This document shows, piece after piece, positions 1-6,281 of a stretch of DNA of 14,196 nucleotides; the stretch's first letter is position 1; each line of letters opens with the position of its first letter. The notes under the pieces were generated by a model, which saw only the letters and a list, made by a program, of their open reading frames with translations, made no database searches and was not told the origin of the DNA. The stretch is taken from contig JBGAOA010000086.1 in assembly GCA_044222065.1 (NCBI GenBank), positions 1-14,196 on the forward strand, in the 5' to 3' direction. Position numbers and translations under genes: made by a program. Source of the DNA: Candidatus Eiseniibacteriota bacterium (GTDB taxonomy: Bacteria; Eisenbacteria; RBG-16-71-46).

Positions 1-86
1 CGAGGCTCGGAGACCGCGAGAGCTGACTCGTCGCGTTCCTCGCGCGGCGGCGCGGCGCTCGCGGCAGCGCGCGGTGCGGCGAGCCG

Positions 87-965
87 TCAGCGCGCGTCGG
101 CCTCGCCCACCCGCCCGAAGCCGAGCGATGCCCACGTGCTCTCCCAGTCCGCCGCGTCGCGTGCCTCGCTCGGCACCATGTGCACGGCGCTGACGAGCCA
201 CTCGCCGGGCGCGGCGCAGCGAATCCGCGCGACGCCGTCGGCGCCGGTCCGCACCTGCTGCTCGGCTCGGCCCCGGCGATCCTCGCCGCAGGCGAACGGC
301 GACGCGCCCGACGCGAACGGCGCGTACCACGCCTGCACGAGTGCGTTGGCCAGCGGCCGGCCGTGGAAAATCACGCGCATGTCCAGTTGCGCGCGGGCGC
401 CGGGCACGTCGAGCGGAACGAGCTCGAGCGGCAGCCCCATCGGCGCCGTGGATCGCTCGCGCGCCGCGGCTCGATCGGCCGCCGACGCTGCCGGGGACGC
501 CGCGAGCCAGAGCTTCGTGCAGCGCCGGTAGCGCTCGCGCCCGGCACTCGTGTCGCGCGCGGCGCGCCGTGCGGCGAGCGGGCCGTCGAGTCCGTCGGAA
601 GCGAGGTAGTCGTCGAACTTCGTCGCCTCCATCACGTGGCCGGCGAAGTTCGACTCGAACGCGAGCAGCGCGCCCGCGTCGTCGCTCGCGGCGAAGCGCG
701 CCCACACGGAATCCCCGTTCGCGGCGAGCGGCGCCAGATCGAGCGTGCGCTCCGCTCGCAGCGCGAAGCGCACGGTGCGGCGCGCGTCGTAGGGCCTGGC
801 CGGCCCGCACAGCGTCTCTCCCACGCGCGCGCGCACCTCGACCGTGCGGCCGCGCGCGGCGACGTAGTCGCTCGGCGAGAACCAGTGCTCGTGCGCCTTC
901 GAGCGAGCGGGAGACGCCGCGAGAAGCGCGAGCGACAGCGCGACGGCGAACGGACGGCGATGCAT
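87..965 (-). CDS. DUF4198 family secreted protein (NikM-like, putative metal-uptake associated), 292 aa
   Basis: ATG at 965 preceded by GAAGGAG. Signal peptide followed by mature N-terminus (A)HEHWFSP. Family-typical segments 'FDDYLASDGL', 'ERYRRCTK', 'GLPLELVP', 'G+PLANALV', 'TGADGVA', 'GEWLVSAVHM' and terminal 'ADWESTWASLGF'. Confidence 0.88.
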   Translation of the reverse strand: MHRRPFAVALSLALLAASPARSKAHEHWFSPSDYVAARGRTVEVRARVGETLCGPARPYDARRTVRFALRAERTLDLAPLAANGDSVWARFAASDDAGALLAFESNFAGHVMEATKFDDYLASDGLDGPLAARRAARDTSAGRERYRRCTKLWLAASPAASAADRAAARERSTAPMGLPLELVPLDVPGARAQLDMRVIFHGRPLANALVQAWYAPFASGASPFACGEDRRGRAEQQVRTGADGVARIRCAAPGEWLVSAVHMVPSEARDAADWESTWASLGFGRVGEADAR

Positions 966-1007
966 GACGGGCTCCTTCGAAGGAAAGGTGGATGCGCGCG
1001 AACGGGA

Positions 1008-1013
1008 ACACTA
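1008..1013 (-). promoter_or_regulatory. Candidate sigma70-type -10 element (TAGTGT) for the DUF4198 gene
   Basis: TAnnnT hexamer ending 43 nt from the ATG, about the same distance as the candidate -10 boxes at 4550-4558 and 5003-5011. No convincing -35. Confidence 0.35.
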
Positions 1014-1251
1014 CGTCGCGCGCGCCCGATCGGATGAGCCCCGGCGCGCGCGAACGCGTCGCTCATCCGCTCGCCCGCGACCTCCGTAGAGCGCGTGGTA
1101 CGGCAGCTCGAGACCGGGCGGATTCGACCGCCGCTCGATGGCAGCGACTCGTCGTGCCGGCGGCGGAGACACCGTCGCCTCGCGGCGGGGAGCGGCGCCG
1201 AACGGCGCACTCGTCCCCGCGGAACCGTTGCGTGAGAAAGGACCACACCCC

Positions 1252-3057
1252 ATGTACCGCCCACTCCAGAGAGCCGTGCTCGCCGCAGCGCTGTTCGCCG
1301 CGCTCGGCGGCGCGAGCGCGCACGCCTCGAGCCACAGCGAGGCGCCGGGAACCTCGAAGGACCGCCTCGCCGACGACACCGACCTGTACGCGTGGGTCGC
1401 GCCCGATGCGCCGGACGCCGTGACGTTCGTCGGCAACTGGGCGCCGCTGCTCGAGCCCAACGGCGGGCCGAACTTCTACGGCTTCGACGACGACGCGCGC
1501 TACTACATCAACGTGGACAACGTCGGCGACGCCCGGGATCACATCCGCTACGAGTTCGCGTTCCGCACCGTGCGCACGAACGGCGGCACGTTCCTCTACA
1601 ACACCGGACCGGTGACCTCGCTCGACGACCCCGACCTGAACGTGCGGCAGTTCTGCACGATCACGCGCTGGGACAACGGCGCGCCGACGGTGCTCGCGAC
1701 CGACGTCGCGGTCGCGCCGAACAACGTCGGCCCGGTGTCCATGCCGGACTACGGTTCGCTCGCTGCCGCCGCGGTCCGCAACCTGCCCGACGGTTCGCGA
1801 GTCTTCATCGGACCGCGTGACGATCCGTTCTTCGTGGACCTGGCGGCGATCTTCGACCTGCTGACGATCCGGAAGGTCCCGGGCAACCGCGGCCGCGGCG
1901 TGGACGGCCTCGGCGGCTTCAACGTGCTGAGCGTCGTGCTGCAGGTGCCGAAGACGCGCCTCACCTCCGACGGCCTCGCCCCGAACGCGAACAACGGCGT
2001 GATCGGCATCTACGACTCGGTCGAGCGCTTCGCGACGCGCACGATCAACGGCGACGGCACGACGAGCGCGAGCGGCCCGGAGGTGCAGGTGTCGCGGCTC
2101 GGCATGCCGCTCGTCAACGAAGTCGTGATCGCGCTCGGCGACAAGGACCGCTTCAACGCCACGAAGCCCACGGGCGACGGCGCGTTCCTGCCGTACGTCA
2201 CCGACCCCGAGCTCGCTCGCCTGTTCACGGCGATCTACGGCATCGCGACGCCGCCCGCGCCGCGCAACGATCTCGTCACCGTGTTCCTGACCGGCATCCC
2301 CGGGCTCAACAAGCCCGCGAATCCGGCGCAGGTGCCGTGCGAGATGCTGCGCCTCAACATGACGATCCCGCCGGCCGCGAAGCCGAGCCGCTTCGGCATC
2401 CTCGCGGGCGACGTCGCGGGCTTCCCGAACGGCCGGCGCCTGTTCGACGACGTCGTGGACATCGCCGAGCGCGTGGTCGCGGGCGCGACGCCGTTCACGC
2501 CGGCGTTCAACGTGCCGCTCAACAGCCAGCTCGGTGACGGCGTGGACTTCAACGACCGTCCCTTCCTGTCGCGCTTCCCGTACGTGGCGCCGCCGCACGG
2601 CCCGTTCCGCCACGAGCACCACCCCGAGCAGCGCGGTCACCGTCGCCCGTGGGAGTCGCAGGCCGGGGCGCCGGGATACGACGATCCCTCGAACGACGAC
2701 TCGGCGCAGAAGCTCGGCGTGTCGCTCGACGACGAATCCGAGTCGCTCGAGGCGACCGGCGGAGACGCGACGACGACGGCGCCGCTCACCGGCGGGCTGC
2801 GCTTCGCGGGCGCGAACCCGGCGTCGGCGAGCCGGCTCGAGTTCACCGTGCCGCGGGCCGGGCGCGCGAAGCTGGTCGTGATGGACGTGCAAGGCCGCGT
2901 CGTGCGGAACCTGTTCGATCAGGACGCCGCCGTCGGGACCTTCAGCGCGCGCTGGGACGGGCTCACGGACGAGGGCGTCCGCGCCAACCGCGGGATCTAC
3001 TTCGCGCAGCTCTCGACCAGCGGCCAGACGTTCCAGAAGAAGATCGTGCTGGAATAG
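1252..3057 (+). CDS. DUF4331 family secreted protein with His-rich/acidic linker and C-terminal FlgD/T9SS-like Ig domain, 601 aa
   Basis: Start moved from 1138 to ATG 1252 (GAAAGGA upstream, signal peptide ending AHA). Mature N-terminus SSHSEAP and motifs 'DDTDLYAW', 'GGPNFY', 'GPRDDPFFVDL', 'QVSRLGMPLVNEV', 'GFPNGRRLFDDVVDI', 'FPYVAPP' match DUF4331. Tail 'NP...F.VP..G..KLVVMDVQGRVVR.L...WDG...GIYF..L...KKIVLE' is FlgD_ig-like. Confidence 0.92.
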   Translation: MYRPLQRAVLAAALFAALGGASAHASSHSEAPGTSKDRLADDTDLYAWVAPDAPDAVTFVGNWAPLLEPNGGPNFYGFDDDARYYINVDNVGDARDHIRYEFAFRTVRTNGGTFLYNTGPVTSLDDPDLNVRQFCTITRWDNGAPTVLATDVAVAPNNVGPVSMPDYGSLAAAAVRNLPDGSRVFIGPRDDPFFVDLAAIFDLLTIRKVPGNRGRGVDGLGGFNVLSVVLQVPKTRLTSDGLAPNANNGVIGIYDSVERFATRTINGDGTTSASGPEVQVSRLGMPLVNEVVIALGDKDRFNATKPTGDGAFLPYVTDPELARLFTAIYGIATPPAPRNDLVTVFLTGIPGLNKPANPAQVPCEMLRLNMTIPPAAKPSRFGILAGDVAGFPNGRRLFDDVVDIAERVVAGATPFTPAFNVPLNSQLGDGVDFNDRPFLSRFPYVAPPHGPFRHEHHPEQRGHRRPWESQAGAPGYDDPSNDDSAQKLGVSLDDESESLEATGGDATTTAPLTGGLRFAGANPASASRLEFTVPRAGRAKLVVMDVQGRVVRNLFDQDAAVGTFSARWDGLTDEGVRANRGIYFAQLSTSGQTFQKKIVLE

Positions 3058-3217
3058 CGGTCCGAAACCCGACGCCGCTTCGCCCGCGGGGAGCGGACGG
3101 CCGGCGCGAGACGAGCACGCGGCACGGGGTCCGGCGAGCGATCGCCGGGCCCCGTGCGCGCGCGGGCCCCGCGGCGCCACGTCCCCGCCCCGCTCGTCCG
3201 CTTCCGACACGGAACGC

Positions 3218-3247
3218 CGAAGCCCCGGCTTTCCGACCGGGGCTTCG
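3218..3247. terminator. Hairpin between convergent genes, likely intrinsic terminator
   Basis: Perfect 11-bp stem CGAAGCCCCGG (3218-3228) / CCGGGGCTTCG (3237-3247) with 8-nt loop, 17 nt past the stop at 3265. No long U tract. Confidence 0.7.
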
Positions 3248-3264
3248 CCAGGCGTCCGAGCACT

Positions 3265-3552
3265 TCAGTCGCGGTAGAGCGCCTTGATCGCGCCCCACGT
3301 GCTCGGCTTCGCCGGCAGCACGAAGTCCACGAGGAACTCGAGCGAGTAGGACTGCGTGATCGCGCTCGTCTGCTGGATCACGAAGCAGTACGTGCCGGGC
3401 GTGAGGAACGGAATCGCGAGGTGGTTCGTCGTGACCGAGTTGCTCACGAACGCGGGCATGAGGTTCGCGCCGACGTCGCCCGCGTCCGCGTGAATGCCCG
3501 CGAGGAAGCTCGCGGCCGTCGCGCCGCTCGGCACGAAGCTCGTCGCGCCCGA
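3265..3552 (-). pseudogene. 3' fragment (about 95 aa) of a probable secreted beta-rich protein ending PAKPSTWGAIKALYRD; 5' part missing
   Basis: From SGATSFVPSG onward the codons are GC3-rich and the sequence is protein-like, and it ends in the same tail as the neighbouring gene. Upstream of 3552 the frame is Arg/Pro-rich, with no signal peptide or good RBS in the frames I read. Could be a real deletion or an assembly error. Confidence 0.6.
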
Positions 3553-3788
3553 TAGGAGGCGCGGCGCTGCTCGGGGCGGGACGCGCGAGCGGTCCGTTCC
3601 TCGTCGCGGCGGCCGCGCTCGCACTGCTCGTCGTCGGCATCCACAACTCGTGGGACACCGTTACGCACCTCGTCACGACATCGCGGTCGTCCGATCGCGC
3701 GACCGAACGCAGCGATCCGCCGACGACGGCGCGTGCCCCCGAAGCGCCGGGCACGTCGCCCGCGACCTGACGTCGCCGCGCGGGACCG

Positions 3789-4508
3789 TCAGCGGTAGAG
3801 CGCCTTCACGCGGCCCCACGTGCTCGGGGTGACCGCGGTCGCGACGTCCTGGATGAATCGGAACGAACGAATGTCGCCGCGCGCGTTCGCCCCGCCCGTG
3901 CCGTCGCCGAACAGCACGCGGTTCGCCGCGACCGCGCCACCGCCGCTGCCGGTGCCGATCAGCACGCCGTCGCGGTACATCTGCCACGAACCGCCCGGCG
4001 CCCAGTCGAACAGGTAGTCGTGGAAGGTCGTGTTGTCGAACAGCGCCGGGAGCATGGACCAGCCGCCGGCCTGCAGGAGGCCGACCTTGCCCGCCGTGAG
4101 CGTGAATCCGTACTGCACGCTGCCGGTCGTGAACACGAAGCACAGCCCGCCTTCGCCGAACGGAAAGGACGCCGTGCCCGCCGTCTGCAGGCAGCGCGCA
4201 TTCACGCGGATCTGCTTCGCCTCGGTCGTCGTGATGCCGGTCAGCCGCTGGTAGTAGATGCCGGCGCCGGTGGTGCCGAGGTACTGGCCGATCGTGTTCT
4301 GGGCGAGCATTCCGCTCCCGACCGTGAACACGGACGACTCCAGCACGCCGGCGTGCGCACCGGTCGCGACGTAGGTGAAACCCTGCGACGAGGGCAGCGA
4401 AGCGAAGTTCAGGGTGAGGTCGAGCGGGGCGGCGAGCGCGGCCGCGGTGGCGAGCAGGGATGCGAAGCTGGTTGCGACGAACGCGATCGTCGGGATGCGA
4501 CGGAACAT
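3789..4508 (-). CDS. Secreted beta-sandwich (concanavalin A/lectin-like) protein with C-terminal TWGRVKALYR motif, 239 aa
   Basis: ATG 4508 with GGAGG upstream. Signal peptide MFRRIPTIAFVATSFASLLATAAALA. Beta-strand-rich body with 'TTFHDY...WQMYRDG.LIG...N.V.FGDGT', resembling ConA/LamG-like folds (fold call is inference). Ends DVATAVTPSTWGRVKALYR. Confidence 0.8.
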   Translation of the reverse strand: MFRRIPTIAFVATSFASLLATAAALAAPLDLTLNFASLPSSQGFTYVATGAHAGVLESSVFTVGSGMLAQNTIGQYLGTTGAGIYYQRLTGITTTEAKQIRVNARCLQTAGTASFPFGEGGLCFVFTTGSVQYGFTLTAGKVGLLQAGGWSMLPALFDNTTFHDYLFDWAPGGSWQMYRDGVLIGTGSGGGAVAANRVLFGDGTGGANARGDIRSFRFIQDVATAVTPSTWGRVKALYR

Positions 4509-4549
4509 GGAGCGGCCTCCGGGGAGTGGAGCGGATTGAGAGCGCGGAA

Positions 4550-4558
4550 AGGCTAGCA
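4550..4558 (-). promoter_or_regulatory. Candidate extended -10 promoter (TGC-TAGCCT) for the lectin-like gene
   Basis: TGn-TAnnnT pattern 42 nt from ATG 4508; matches the box at 5003-5011 at 8 of 9 positions. Confidence 0.5.
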
Positions 4559-4580
4559 TCCCGAGGCGCCTCGACTCCGC

Positions 4581-4602
4581 AAAAAAAGCGCCGTGGACGG
4601 CG
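4581..4602 (-). terminator. Candidate intrinsic terminator after the lipoprotein gene
   Basis: Minus strand CGCCG-TCCA-CGGCG-C-TTTTTTT: a 5-bp GC stem followed by T7, about 50 nt past the stop at 4651. It is the only long A/T run I saw in the window. Confidence 0.55.
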
Positions 4603-4650
4603 GCGGTTGAGCACGGCCAAACACGCGTGCCGTGCCGCTGCACCCCGGCG

Positions 4651-4959
4651 TCAGCGCCGCTCGATCATCGCGAAGCGCACCATCGTTCCCGCCTGGCAGA
4701 TGCTCATCATCCCCTTCTGCTCCTGGGCGGCGTAGCGCACCGCGAGGCCTTCCTTCTGGAACGCCGGGTCCTCGACCGGCCACAGCCGGAGGCCGTTCGA
4801 GGTCTCGATCACCCACGTGTCCGGACACTCGGGCCCGATGCCCCTGCGAATGGTCCCGGCGCCCGCGTGCGCGCCGTCGGCGTGGATCTCGGTCGTGGCG
4901 TCCTCCCGGCAGCCGGCGGCGAGCGCGGCGAACAGGAGGATCGTGAGCAGCCGCCGCAT
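4651..4959 (-). CDS. Small hypothetical lipoprotein, 102 aa
   Basis: Strong SD GAAGGGAGG. MRR plus hydrophobic stretch plus lipobox LAAG-C. Compact beta-rich domain with two further Cys (ECPD, SICQ). Confidence 0.85.
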   Translation of the reverse strand: MRRLLTILLFAALAAGCREDATTEIHADGAHAGAGTIRRGIGPECPDTWVIETSNGLRLWPVEDPAFQKEGLAVRYAAQEQKGMMSICQAGTMVRFAMIERR

Positions 4960-5002
4960 GCGTGGCCTCCCTTCGGTGACGTTCGGATTCTTGAACGCGC
5001 GG

Positions 5003-5011
5003 AGTCTAGCA
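5003..5011 (-). promoter_or_regulatory. Candidate extended -10 promoter (TGC-TAGACT) for the lipoprotein gene
   Basis: TGn-TAGACT 44 nt from ATG 4959, within a 102-bp intergenic gap. Confidence 0.55.
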
Positions 5012-5061
5012 GCGTCCCGCGCCCGCGCGCCGCGCCGGCGGACCGGGCGGGCGCGGCGCGT

Positions 5062-5550
5062 TCACCAGCCGAAGCCGATCGAGACCGAGTGCAGGACTCG
5101 ATCGTCCGACACGTCCTCGTTCCCGAACCGGCGCGCCGTGTAGTCGAGCCTCACGGAACGGCGCGCGTTCGCGCCGAACACGAGCCCCGCGCCCGCGTTC
5201 ACGCCGCTCGCGACCCCGAGGAAGTCGCCGCCCCCGACGAGGAGTCCGCTCACCCCCGCGCGCGGCACGAGTCGCACGCCGTCGTTCAGCGCGATCGGCA
5301 GCGCGAGATCCGCGTCGCCGGCGACGATCGCCGCCGGCACGACGAGCGCGTCGACGGCGACGTCGACCGCGGGCCGGGCCGGAGCGAGTCCGGCGAAGCG
5401 CCCGCCGACCTGCGGGTACTGCGCGTGATCGAAGGCGAACGTGCCCGCGTGCAGCCAGCCGTGCACGTCGGCGCCGTCGGCCGCGGCGGGACGCGCGGCG
5501 AGGGCGGCGGCGATCAGCACGAGCGCGAGTCCGATCCGCGGGCGCGTCAT
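5062..5550 (-). CDS. Small outer-membrane beta-barrel-like protein, 162 aa
   Basis: ATG 5550 overlaps the upstream stop (ATGA). Signal peptide ending PAAA. Alternating amphipathic strands ('GVNAGAGLVF', 'VRLDYTARRF') and terminal 'HSVSIGFGW' ending in an aromatic residue, as in BAM substrates. Confidence 0.75.
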   Translation of the reverse strand: MTRPRIGLALVLIAAALAARPAAADGADVHGWLHAGTFAFDHAQYPQVGGRFAGLAPARPAVDVAVDALVVPAAIVAGDADLALPIALNDGVRLVPRAGVSGLLVGGGDFLGVASGVNAGAGLVFGANARRSVRLDYTARRFGNEDVSDDRVLHSVSIGFGW

Positions 5551-6116
5551 CGTCCGTACGCCCACGTGTCGCGCCGCACGGCGTAGCCCGCCAGGACCGA
5601 GACGCGCTGGCCGTCCTGATTCGTCACGAGGACGACGTTGAGCGGCACGTGAACGCCCTGCACGTCGAACGACCGGCCGGCGGCGAAGAACAGCGCGGAA
5701 CTCCCGCCCGAGGTTCCGCTCCCGCTCGAGAACGAGGGTCCGAGACCGAACTCGGCGCCCGACGGCAGGCGCACGCCCACACCGATGCTCAGGCTCGGCA
5801 CGATGCGTCCGAACTCGACGCCGCCGAACAGCGGCACGACCTCGGTCAGGAACTGCGGTCCGCCGCCGCTCGCACGCACGTGGTGTTCGAAATGCCATCC
5901 GAACTGGCTCACGAACGGGCCGTAGCCGGGCGGCGCATCGGGCACGTAGGTGAAGCCGACGCGCGGACCGCTCAAGTCCCGCTCCACGAGCCGCTCATTG
6001 CCGTCGAGCGACGGCGAGGCCACCGCGGCTTCGGACGTCCGCGGCGCGGCCGGCGAGAGCGCGATCACTGCCGCGACGACGATCGCGGCGCACGAAGGTT
6101 GGAGCACGAGTCGCAT
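5547..6116 (-). CDS. Hypothetical secreted protein, probable small beta-barrel, 189 aa
   Basis: ATG 6116 with GGGAG upstream. Signal peptide-like N-terminus. Gly/aromatic amphipathic strands 'LSGPRVGFTY', 'SQFGWHFEH', 'SIGVGVR', 'EFGLGPSF', 'RVSVLAGY'. Confidence 0.75.
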   Translation of the reverse strand: MRLVLQPSCAAIVVAAVIALSPAAPRTSEAAVASPSLDGNERLVERDLSGPRVGFTYVPDAPPGYGPFVSQFGWHFEHHVRASGGGPQFLTEVVPLFGGVEFGRIVPSLSIGVGVRLPSGAEFGLGPSFSSGSGTSGGSSALFFAAGRSFDVQGVHVPLNVVLVTNQDGQRVSVLAGYAVRRDTWAYGR

Positions 6117-6128
6117 GGGTTCGCTCCC

Positions 6129-6163
6129 GGCCGCGGCTCGCAACGTCGGTGCGAGCCGCGGCC
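6129..6163. repeat. Perfect 14-bp inverted repeat abutting the RBS of the 6116 gene
   Basis: GGCCGCGGCTCGCA (6129-6142), 7-nt loop, TGCGAGCCGCGGCC (6150-6163). Confidence 0.85.
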
Positions 6164-6281
6164 CTCGGGTCTCACGAACCGGCGCGCGAGGCCGCGCCGG
6201 CGATCGAGCCGCGGCATCCGGCTCCACTGCCTCGTCGCGCCACTTCGGCGGGCGTGACCGCGCGCGCGCCGGCCGTACGAC

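Noticed and set aside
1..86. Possible end of a gene entering from the left edge
   Set aside because: Too short to assign a frame or product.
1090..1235. Several hairpins in the DUF4331 leader with CCGGGC and GGCAGC words reminiscent of a NiCo riboswitch
   Set aside because: I could not find the flanking conserved segments or a four-way junction, and no cobalamin-box motifs are visible. An Rfam search would settle it.
1063..3210. 715-aa minus-strand ORF and the many other Arg/Ala/Pro-rich alternative ORFs
   Set aside because: Shadow frames of GC3-biased genes with no recognisable motifs.
4562..4573. 12-bp palindrome CGAGGCGCCTCG upstream of a candidate -10 box
   Set aside because: Single copy and mostly GC, so it is plausible by chance at this base composition.
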